Assembly (NCBI GenBank): GCA_964252035.1
Contig: OZ176211.1
Source of the DNA: Podarcis erhardii
Taxonomy: Eukaryota
Strand: one strand, 5' to 3'
Length of the DNA: 64,000 nucleotides
Under the pieces are notes generated by a model that had not been told where the DNA came from, searched no databases, and saw nothing but the letters and a program-made list of their open reading frames with translations. Position 1 is the first letter of the stretch. The number at the start of each line of letters is the position of its first letter. This document shows, piece by piece, positions 26,443-36,540 of the stretch. The translations under genes and the position numbers were made by a program.

Positions 26443-27096
26443 CCGTATTCCTCGCTCCATAAGACGCACCTGACCATAAGACGCACCTAGTTTTTAGAGG
26501 AGAAAAACAAGGAAAGAAATATTCTGAACAGTGGGTGCATGATTTTTTTGGTGCAGGCTGTGGCCATGGACATGCTATGTGATCTGATGGTGAATTTGGG
26601 GTGACCCAATGCAAAAATCCCTGAGGATCCATGGGCTTTTACCTCCCCCCTCCCAGGCAGTCTCCTTTATCACTAGCGTCCCTTATCTCCCTCCCGATCG
26701 CTTACCGATCAGCTGCTTCCTTTCAACACCCACTTCCCTCTTGTTTGCCTTAGTGTCTTTTCCTTAGCTGGAGCAGTTTTTTGCCCCTCCTTTTCTTCTC
26801 ATTTCTCTCCTCATTAGTCTTCCTGTCTCGTCTCCTTGCAAGTTTGCTGTCTTTACCTCCCCGAACCCAGGCAGCCTCCTTTATTGCTGGCGTCCCTTAT
26901 CTCGCTCCCGATCGCTTGTTGATCAGCGGCTTTGTTTCAACACCCACTTCCCTCTTTCAAAAAAAAGAAGAAGCAGCATGATCTGCTTTTCTCCCCTGGG
27001 CAATTCAGCTCCACACATTCGCTCCATAAGACACAAGGACATTTCCCCTTACTTTTTAGGAAGAAAAAAGTGTGTCTTATGGAGCAAAAAATACAG
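26443..27096. mobile_element. pogo/Tigger-like MITE (TIR CCGTATTTTTCGCTCCATAAGAC)
   Basis: Imperfect TIRs and right TA. Repeated ccataagacgcac; internal direct repeat of about 90 bp (26653-26742, 26867-26956). Confidence 0.8.
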
Positions 27097-28197
27097 TATT
27101 TTAAGGCCAGCATAGGCAATGCCCTTCTGATGTTGCTGAACAACTGCTCCCAGAATTCCTGACTGTTGGCTGTGCTGGCTGGGACTTGTGGGAGCTGGAG
27201 TGTAACAAATCTGCAGGGCCACAAGTTGCTTACCTTTGCATTAAGCAGCTGCTATTATTATTTTAATACCTCTGTCTCCTTAGGTCTCACACATAACATC
27301 AAAAAGAGGTCTCTAATCGTCTCTGACATTAGCTTTGAGGAACAAAGCACTTCCCTGTTGCACATGTGGATAGTCCAACCTTTGAGCTGCTTAGTCAGAG
27401 AAAGTACCTTTCACCCCACGTTTGGAAAGCTTAGTCGTACAAGCAGATGAACAGATCCCATTTACACAAAAACAGAGATTAAAATGCAAATTGATTTCCA
27501 CATTTTTAGTCCTTCTTCCAAATATGTACACGATCCATTTGATCTGGGAAGTCAAAACCAGTTGACTGAAGCCCTCATTTGTCCACAGTCACCCTTGCAT
27601 TAGTTGAGGCAAATTGCAGTGCATTCGCTTCTGTAGCTCATAGAAACTATTCCCTCTCTTAATCTTGTTCACATGAAGATTTCTGTAATCTCAGATGGAT
27701 TTTATCTGTTGGAAATGCAGTTACGAGCTGAAATGCATAATGATACTCTTTTTTTTCTTTTGTTTGCTGTTAATGGAGATAGTCTCTCCCCCCCTTCTTC
27801 TTGAGAACTGTATTTTTGTATTGTGTTTGCTGTTCCAAAAAACTGGTAGCTTAATTTTTTTCAAGTATACCCACCCAGGAGGGCAGATTCCAAGTGCTGA
27901 AATATTTATGATTTCAAAATTGTTGCACCTGGCTTTTCCTTCCTTTTTGTGTGCAAAGCATTAAAACTAATTAATGTCATTCTTTATTTCCTTTATTTCC
28001 ATTTCTGGCTTTCCGTTTTCAGCAAAATTGTGCCATTTGCATGAGAAAAATGTCACAGTATGAGAAAGCTGAAAGCTGTGGGGTGGGGGGATATATATAG
28101 GAAATAAACATCATTTCTGCTTTCACAGATATTCAGGACCCTAAAGATGACTGCTCAGAAGTAAGCCCCATTTAGTTCAATGTGATTTACTCATAGG

Positions 28198-28625
28198 AAG
28201 GGATGGGGAAGAAATTTGATTAAAATTTAAAGGTGAATCCCCCTAATTTTCCCTTTCGGAAACAGAATGCAAATTGGAATGCAGGCAGCCTTCAGCATTT
28301 GCACTTCTCCACATTTCACAACGCAATTCTCCAGCCAAGTGATTTGCACAAATATGCATATACTAGGATCAAGTGTTCATAAAAGCATGTGTCGGTGAAA
28401 AATGACATACAAAAATTCTGTATATTGTGGAAAAATAATATTTTCAAAAATATGTATAAGGCAAAACTGCATACAAATATATGCATATTAGGAGAAATTC
28501 ACACTAAACTGCTAGTTTAGTAAAAATAAAAATGCAAATTGAATCAGAACTGGGGAGAACTAAATTTAAGATTGGAAAAATGAGAAAGTGAGAGAAACCC
28601 ATGTTGACAGATTTGCCCATCCTTA
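28198..28625 (+). mobile_element. Older copy of the TAGGGATGGG hAT-MITE family
   Basis: aagggatgggga left end, tttgcccatcctta right end, same internal motifs. Confidence 0.55.
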
Positions 28626-29428
28626 ATCCCAGTTACAGGTTTGCAGCCTTAGAAAAGCCATGCTTATGTTTCTTTACTAGCATTTGATCAATTTTGGTGT
28701 AGCCTTGCAAGCCCTTTCTTCCCTTCCAATCTGCTTTGTTTTCTTTCTTCATCCCGTTCTATATTACTTTCAAAAGTAACTTCACTTTTAATATTTTACC
28801 CAAAAGGATCCACGTCTGCTCAACTGAATGACTTCACTTATATTTATAAGCTATAAAGCCAGAGTAGGATTTGACCCAAAGGATCTTACTCAATTTATTT
28901 CATGGAGTTTTAAGTAAGGTTCATGACCATTAAGTGGTCTGGTTTTTTCAGCTCTTGGCAGAAGAAAGACTGACATTTCCAACCCAAATGTCTTATGGTT
29001 CTTATTTGTGCACAAGCCTGTTCTTGCCTCTCAGAAATCAATAAATTATCCAACTCCTATTTAAATACAATAAAAACTAGCACAACAACTTATACATTAT
29101 TACATAGTGCAATTGACAGTAGTTGCTTAAATGCAAGAGGCAGTCATGCATTGGGAATAGTAAATACATGCAAATAAATGGCAGTGGGCTCTTAGATATA
29201 GATACTGTATTCCTAATAGTGATTAATATAGAATGGTATGCTGGGTTGTTCACATGAATTGAAAAATTAGTCTGTCTTTTGCAGGCAAAAGCCAAGCAAC
29301 ACTGCAGGTTAGTGCATGTTAATAGCTGGCTGTATTTTGATGGTCACCACAAGGCATCTGTGGCAGGAATAAACAGGGAAAAATAAGCCTGCTATAACTA
29401 TACCCCGTCTCTCCTCAAAGTGAAGCTA

Positions 29429-29659
29429 CAGTGGTACCTCGGGTTACATACGCTTCAGGTTACATACGCTTCAGGTTACAGTCTCCGCTAACCCAGAAAT
29501 AGTACCTCGGGTTAAGAACTTTGCTTCAGGATGAGAACAGAAATCATGCTCTGGCAGTAGGAGGCCCCTTTAGCTTAAGTGGTGCTTCAGGTTAAGAACA
29601 GTTTCAGGTTAAGAACGGACCTCCGGAACGGATTAAGTACTTAACCTGAGGTATCACTG
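29429..29659. mobile_element. Tc1/mariner-type MITE (TIR CAGTGGTACCTCGGGTTA)
   Basis: TIRs, TA TSD, internal repeated cgcttcaggtta motif. Confidence 0.88.
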
Positions 29660-30294
29660 TACTTAGTTAGTAAATTCACGTCTAAGGCTTTAGAATGTTT
29701 ATTCACAGGGTTGTATATATTAGTACAATCCTCATTTTTGCACATTTAAAGCAAGAATGGGGAACCTCAAATTTCTGGCCCCCAGGACTGTCCTCAAGCC
29801 ACACCCCTTCTTCCCTGGCCACACCCCTCCACTATAGGTTTGCCATATGTCTGGAAAATTCCGGACCTGTATGGAAATCAGATGCCTAAAATAGTGTCCA
29901 GGATTGTTTTCCCCCAGGGTTCCCCCATCTTTCTGCGGCGTGCATGGCGAGAGCTCCAGCCACCCATGGCGCTGCTGCTGTTTGCGCTGGCTGCTGCCTC
30001 CCTCACTTGACTGTGCATGGCCACTCCATCCAGGAACTGCTTCTCCAAGTCTCAGTTGTCCCAGCACAGTGTCCTGAGCGTGGTGGGCTCTTGCCACAGC
30101 CTCAGTGCCAGCACTTGGCACACCTTTCCGAGGGGCCTAGACCCACTGTTTACATCTTCAAGCCTGCCCGTCTGACGACAAGGTGTGAGCATTCCTGCGC
30201 AACAACTCCCACCGTCTCCTACAGGCAGGGGCGCCGACTTATAAAAAATATTGGGGGGGCCCATACCGGGGTCCTGCCCCGGGAAGTTTTCTAA

Positions 30295-30825
30295 GAGCCG
30301 CTCCAGGCCCGTTGCTGCTGCTGCCACCCGCCTCGTGGCCCCCTCGCCAGCTGAGGGAGGGAGAGAGACCGAGAAGGAGAGAGATGCGTGGTGGGCAAGG
30401 CAAGTGCCCGCCGCGCCGCGCCTCGCCTCCCACCGCCCCTCGTGCCGGCCGCCCCCTCCCCTCCCTTCCCCGCGCGCGCGCGCTCGCTCGCTCGCTCGCT
30501 CACCCTCCTCACCCCCGCTCTTGGCCGTTCGCCCCAGGAACTCGCCGCTGTTGGGGTTGTAGATGAACCTCCGCCCCTCGGCCATAGACTGGCTGAAGGG
30601 CTTCTTCTCCTCCTTGGCCATAGCGAGAGAGAGAGAGATAGAGAGAGAGAGGCTGGAAAGAGAGAGGGAGCTCGGCGGTTTTTCCCCTGCCGAAACAACA
30701 GCGGCTCCTCAGAACCGCTAAGTAACTCTCCCTCAGGCGCCCGGCGGGAGAGCAGAAGAGAGGAAAAGGAAAGAGGGGCTGGGCCAGTCGCACGCACCGA
30801 GCAAAACTACTCGCGCCGCCTCTTT
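30295..30825 (-). promoter_or_regulatory. Short CpG-island-like block: captured ATP1B3 5' region/5'UTR, exon 1 and start of intron 1
   Basis: Abrupt GC/CpG-rich block with (CG)n, (CTCG)n and (GA)n tracts around the exon. It is bounded by transposon terminal sequence on the left and AT-rich transposon interior (30830-30965) on the right. Confidence 0.55.
30513..30621 (-). pseudogene. ATP1B3: Orphan copy of coding exon 1 of Na+/K+-ATPase subunit beta-3 (36 codons + 1 nt), inside the hAT element
   Basis: Translates [36 protein letters not shown]. This matches the beta-3 N-terminus as I recall it (bird ...[31 protein letters not shown]) better than beta-1 or beta-2. The 109-nt coding exon ends in a phase-1 donor G|GTGAGG (GT at 30512-30511). 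Both conserved Trp codons read GGG. Exons 2-7 were not found by eye in the window. Confidence 0.85.
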
Positions 30826-31138
30826 TACTACCGTAATAATTATTTGTTTTAACTCATTACTGAATGTATTTTAAAAGGTAACTATCGTCAAACAAGGAAA
30901 ATAAAAAATACCAACATAATTTTGTGATTTTACAAAGCATAATATAACTAATAATTTTCTTAAATTATTGGGGGGGGCAGAGCCCCCCCAAAACGAATTT
31001 TGGAGGGGGCTTGGGCCCCCTCAGGCCCCATGGAGTCGGCGCCTATGCCTACAGGTAAAAGGGAGGCAACATGGGCTTGTGTGCAAGCGTGTGTGTGTTA
31101 TTCCGGAAATCAGAAGCGAAAGCATCGCTTTCACTCTC

Positions 31139-31624
31139 TTTTTTAAAGAAATAATATTTATTCAACTTTTAAAGATTACAAAGAGAAAAAGAAAAAAGAA
31201 AAAAAGACAGAAAAAATACAAGCAATTAAAAAAACACCACCACAGATCAAACCTTTACATAACTTTCTTTCCTTTGCTTATTTCCTTGACCTCCTCACAC
31301 CTCCCTTTTTTTGTATTCTAGTTCAATTAGATATTTCAGCAAATCCTTTCCAGCTTTGTTTTTATCCTATTAATTTATCTTAATATACTGTAATTTTACA
31401 TTCTCGTCTTTCACCAATTAACAAATCCATTTTTACCTAATCCTTTATATCATTTCTGCTAAAACCACATTACTTCATTCCAACATCCTTCTAACATTCC
31501 TTAATTTTACAATGTTTCTGTAGATAAACTTTAAATTTTTTCCAATCTTCTTCCACCGACTCTTCACCTTGGTCTTGGATTCTGCTAGTCATTTCCGCCA
31601 GTTCCATATAGTCCATCACTTTCA
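31139..31624 (-). mobile_element. L1 3' fragment (end of ORF2 plus 3'UTR)
   Basis: Minus strand reads KVMDYMELAEMTSRIQDQGEESVEEDWKKFKVYLQKHCKIKEC*, then a U-rich 3'UTR with AATAAA and an A-rich tail. Possible TSD ACTCTC (31133-31138 / 31625-31630). Confidence 0.7.
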
Positions 31625-32037
31625 ACTCTCCATGACCTCTGTGATCCAGGGAGGTTGGGTGGCCTCTAGCCCTAGCGGAATCGGCTCCCCCTACCCCCCC
31701 CCTTGGCTGGAGGTGACGCTATGGTTGCAGGAGGCTAGGCAGGCTCCTTGTAGGCAGCGGTGGGAAGGGAGAGCAGGTTTGAAGGGGAGCCATAGAAAGC
31801 AGGGCATCAGTGGCCAGAGGTGCACTAGTTATGGTAGCTAGCTGCGTTATTACACATAAGGGTTAACTTTCCCCTTTAAAAAAATCAACAATTTTGGGGA
31901 TTGTCTGCATTTTTACTTTTTGAAATATGGTAAGACTACTCCACCGGTTCTTATTTGTATCCTTCTTGAGTGTTTTACCTGGGTAAAACTTGGACCTTGC
32001 TCATGCGTTTAAACTGCCTCGATGGAGGGCAGAGAGG

Positions 32038-32070
<33 letters not shown>

Positions 32071-32255
32071 ACCATCTAGTCTGCTGTACAAAGGAAAATT
32101 TTATATTCATTGGTCTGCCCCACAGGCCACCCCCAGAAGGTACCCTAGAAGGAAATGGTGGCCCTCAGGCTGAAAAATGCCTCCCACCCCTGCTTTTAAA
32201 GCCAGCTTGATGTGGACAGACCACATCAGTGGTGGAATAAATCTCTTAGATGACA

Positions 32256-32387
32256 TAATAATAATAATTTATTTATTGTTTATACCCCACCCATCCAGCT
32301 GGGCCTCCCATCCACTCTGGATGGCTCCCAACAGATTAAAAACAGAATAAAACATCAAACATTAAAAACTTCCTTAAACAGGGCTGC
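32256..32387 (-). mobile_element. L2 3' tail remnant
   Basis: (AAT)n plus taccccacccatcc...taaaaacttccttaaacagggctgc; same family as 52356-52635. Confidence 0.65.
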
Positions 32388-35334
32388 TTGTGAAGAAATA
32401 TATATATGGGGGGGTGAGCCCTGCCCCTTCTTTCTGTACATGAATAGGAATTCCTGCACAGGGACTATGCATATACACCCCAGTACACATAGGATCTGAG
32501 TGAGGGTGGATCTGATGGATTGATCAGTCTACTTCCAGTCTGTGTCAGCTTCACATGTTCATAAGCCTGTTACGTCCTGGTTTTGCATTCATTTGCATTT
32601 GTTTAAAAAAATCTGAATGAAAATTCATATTGAAATTCATATTGAAATACATCTATGAGGTGGTGGGAACGATGGCAGAGGTTTCCTCCTCTGCGAAAAG
32701 GACTCAAATGGACCACTTACGTCTGTGGACTTCCCTTTCTGCTAATGGAGAGGAAGGTCTACAATGTCTAACTGCTCCTCAGCAGACCTCCTCAGGAACT
32801 TTGGGTTGCTCTCTTAATATTTAAAAGCCCTTCTTTGAAACTATTTACCTTCAGGATAACTCGCTTTATGCAGAAGATCAATGGAACATAAGTAAATATT
32901 ATTTTATTTAAGTGAAAATGATGTCTTCCCTTAAGGAAATATTGAACCATTTTCACATTCACAACCAGTTTTAAAATGAAATTGAGAGCAGGAAGAGAGA
33001 AGGGAGATATCCAAATAGGAGTATTCTTTGTCACCATGTGTATAAATAGCTGTAAAGTGATAGCATAAGTGAATGTCTCGCCTCTTCCGCAGGCAAATGG
33101 AGCTAATAAAAGTGGCAATCCTAGGAGACTTCCATCTACAAATCAAATTTGGTCCTCCTGCTTTCATAAACTCCTGGCATTTAATCAGTGGCGGAGTGCT
33201 GTTTATTGGTTTGGCTTGTAGTGCAGATGCCTTCAAGACCATCTCTTAAATAAGCTCTGAAGGAATTATAGTGGAGTGCATTGGAATAGCTTGCAAATGC
33301 CTTGAGTTGGAAGACAGGGAGAGAAGTTATTATGAGAAATAAAAGGTATCAAGTGCCTAAAGATTGTTAACTTTTTTTTTTCAAGAGTTGGCTCTTCAGC
33401 CTGAAGTGGCAGGCTCTGCAGTAAAGCTCTTTGATAGATGCTGGTGGAGGCTTTCTGGATCTGGTTGCAATAACAAACGATAACGGCTAGGATTCAAAGA
33501 CCTGCATAGGCTTACACAGATTCCAGTGAAATGTTTGACACACAAAAACACCACCACCCTGCTTTATTTAGCTGCCTCCCAACTGTTTTTTCAAATTTCC
33601 CTTGGTTTCAGAAGCAGGTTTTCCCCCAATAAAAATAAGTCTTAAAACCCCTGTGGCTTCATGAAACTAATGTAATTCTTCTTTGGATCCATGTGTTTTG
33701 GTGATAAGGATCTGAACACAACAGTCACCTATAAGCTTTGTTATATATTTCTTGGGTGCCTCCTGGAACTGCTCAGAGATCATTATGAATTGGTTGGGTG
33801 CATGCCAACTACCAAAATTACCGGGTGGGTGGGGAGGAGTGGTGATACTAATTCTCTGTAAGAAACATCAGACAGATGGTTATGAAAACCGTGCAGGGAT
33901 GGGGGATATGTGGTCTTGCAGATGTGGGCTGGCATTTTTATACCAGCATTGCCAGAAAATGTGCATGCATGAGGAGCACCCATCTCACAATAAACACCCT
34001 TGATGAATGGCTCCCAATCTGTATAATAAAGAGACCCAGTAGCAGAAATACTCAGTTGTCTGCTTCATTTTAATTCACATACCTTATTTTTTTAAAAATC
34101 ACAGTTGGCAACTTGGTCAGCCAAGTACGACACAGGGACTCTGCAACCTATTTTGACAATTTCTGATTATGTTTCTTTTTAGCTGCTTGTAAGGCCAAAG
34201 AGGCCACATAGACCAGGATAGCTCCTTAACAAACAAACACAAAAGCAAACAACAAACAAACTTATTCATATACTGTTCTTCTTCATCATCCCCTAGACAG
34301 AATCATGAATAAACTGCAGGACAACCTGGAGCAGATGATACCATGAAGAGAAGTTTACAAGTCCTCTATTGCCAACTGCTTAGTAAGTAGACAATCATCT
34401 GAATACTTTGACATTTTCTCTCTATTGTAGGTGTACTTACTTTGGATATGAGTAATACTACTCTTGCCCCCCCCCCTTCTCCCCCCTCTTAATGTTCATC
34501 AAAATTTATTGTAAATTTCCTTCCATTGTTCATCTCACACAACCCACCTTATCCATTTCTTCCCCTTTCTTGTGCTAGGGGTTAAGTTGTTAAATTGTTT
34601 TCTTTTCTTTTCTAGTGGTGATAGCAAATGGATGGGCCCATGTGTCTTAGAGTTGGATCTCTGCCAATTTCTCTTACAGCACTTGTCTGAACTACTAGGG
34701 ACAACCTAGCCATGTTGCTAAATGCCTGGATGCTGCCAAATGCATGATTGCCTCTGATAACCGCTTAGAGGTTTTGATGATTAAGGGGTATATATAAAAT
34801 AAATAAAACTGTGGCTGCAAATCGTAATTCCCAGCTCCTCCATAGTGTTTAGAACGTAACTGTGTGCTGATGTTCTCTCCCCCCCCCCTCGTTCTCAGTG
34901 ATAAAGAGGAGAAGCAGTATAATGCCAGGCATAGCTGTCCGGTCCCAGCAGGGGTTGGGGTTGAGGCGGTGAGTGGTCTTTGGCACAGGCACTTACAAAC
35001 AAGGTGTCATCAGGAAAGGCGGAGTCACATCCAGATCCTGGACAGAGGAGTGTCTAAGATTCTGGCTAGAGCATTTCCTTCTGTGCTGTATAGAACTGTT
35101 GATTCAGCAGAATGGTGGCGCAGTCATTGGTTCCTGCAACATGGAAGTGATGGGGGCTTTATTAAGAGCAGTGTCTTGAGGAAGATGGCAGTACATACTA
35201 CATGCTCCAGCTTGGGTCTGAGAGCTGAGAATGCAGGTAAATTCTACCAGATGTTATGATGGGGGAGAACAGAGCCAGATGTGTATTTGTTACTTTTTGT
35301 AGCAGCTGTACATCAGGTCACATTTCTAATTTTA

Positions 35335-35577
35335 TTTTTATTTTTATTTTTTTAAAAAAAATTACTGGTTTTCACACTTATCACATAAAAAAGATACAAG
35401 AGGAAAAAAAACATTACAAAACACAAAAACAGAATTAAAAAACAGAATTGTTACTACCAAATCCTAATTTCATTACATTGATAACAGACTTCCTCGAATC
35501 CCCTCTAACTGAATTTCATTATATCACCTATTTAGCAATTCTCCAAATTCATATTTCTAATAATATTAACTTCTTTG
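35335..35577 (-). mobile_element. Short L1-type 3'UTR insertion with 15-bp TSD
   Basis: TSD ACATTTCTAATTTTA at 35320-35334 and 35578-35592; A-rich tail on the minus strand. Confidence 0.7.
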
Positions 35578-36399
35578 ACATTTCTAATTTTAAGGTGTCT
35601 CTTTGTTCCATGCAGGACTTGTTTTTGACCCTGAACTCTCAGATACAATCTACTAGTTTTATTGTTGTCATAGTAGCTGTACTTTGCATGTTTGCAAATC
35701 AAGAGTTTGTTTAGCTTTAGAGCTGCTAAATAAAGTAAAATTAAAGGGGATAAATATGTACTCAGTTCCTTTAGTTTAGTTTAGTAGGTTTTATCTGTTG
35801 ATAAATGTTTTATATCCAAACCTTGATTCATGTCATCAAATTACTTTCCGCAAGCTACATGCCATGCTATCTAATTCCATTAAAAGTTATTAGGTGTTTT
35901 AACTGCTATGGTTATTAGGAATTCTTTTGTGTTCATTTTTTACATAGTGATGGAATGTTTCTAGTCAGCAGTAATCTATTTAGGGATTATGTATTTATGG
36001 AGTATGGTATGGCTGAAAGTTATTTTCACATGTTCATAATTCACACAGTCTGAATAGATACATAGGATGTACTCATCTGTTTGCAAGAGAGGTTGAAAAT
36101 CATTTCCGAAAAGAGGATTTCAAGTTAGTTTACGAGGGTCATTGCCAACCCATTTATGAAAGCAGCACAGATTAAGATGTTTTTCTATTTACTGTTATAT
36201 TCATCACCACAAGATAATTTAATAGAGTTTAAGCTAATGAAAATATTATATCCCCAGCTAATGCTAATGCAAGCACTGGTGAATGCAGTACTTTCTATAA
36301 TGCACCTAAAATTTACTTCATCTGCACATAAGTGATTAGTATATTATTATTACTGATGTAATTCACTTCATCTGAGCATAGCAAGCTGCTTTATTGGTT

Positions 36400-36540
36400 C
36401 ACCTTGCTCAGTATTACCTGACTAGCAGAGGCTTCTTCCTTGACTTCAAATAGGAGACATTCCTGGAGATGCCAGGAATTGAAACTGGGACAGTCTACTT
36501 CCAAAGCAGATGCTCTACCACTGAGCTTCAGCCTTTTCCC
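36400..36540 (-). mobile_element. Old tRNA-derived SINE
   Basis: Reverse complement has A-box agctcagtggtagagcatctgc and B-box-like gtttcaattcctggc. Confidence 0.6.

Larger units (their letters stand above)
30226..31047. mobile_element. Non-autonomous hAT-type DNA transposon carrying a captured ATP1B3 gene fragment (Pack-hAT-like)
   Basis: Left end CAGGGGCGCCGACT (30226-30239). Right end AGTCGGCGCCTATG (31034-31047), whose reverse complement is CATAGGCGCCGACT (12/14 match). Perfect 8-bp direct repeat CCTACAGG at 30218-30225 and 31048-31055. Subterminal AAAT(T)ATTGGGGGGG near both ends; hairpin GGGGGGGC-AGA-GCCCCCCC at 30971-30989. An 8-bp TSD with CA-starting TIRs is diagnostic of hAT. Confidence 0.88.
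29752..32192. mobile_element. Older, degenerate hAT-like element hosting the Pack-hAT and an L1 3' fragment
   Basis: Left end CAAGAATGGGGAACC resembles CAGGGGTGGGGAACC. Right end CTCCCACCCCTG. Flanks CATTTAAAG (29743-29751) and CTTTTAAAG (32193-32201) match at 8/9. Confidence 0.45.

Noticed and set aside
30513-30621. Native ATP1B3 gene start
   Set aside because: The exon lies inside matched TIRs with a perfect 8-bp TSD. No exon 2-7 signatures (GLILLFY, FPYYG, DKFLGR) or GRK7/TFDP2 exons were found by eye. A very long intron 1 cannot be strictly excluded but would not explain the TIR/TSD.
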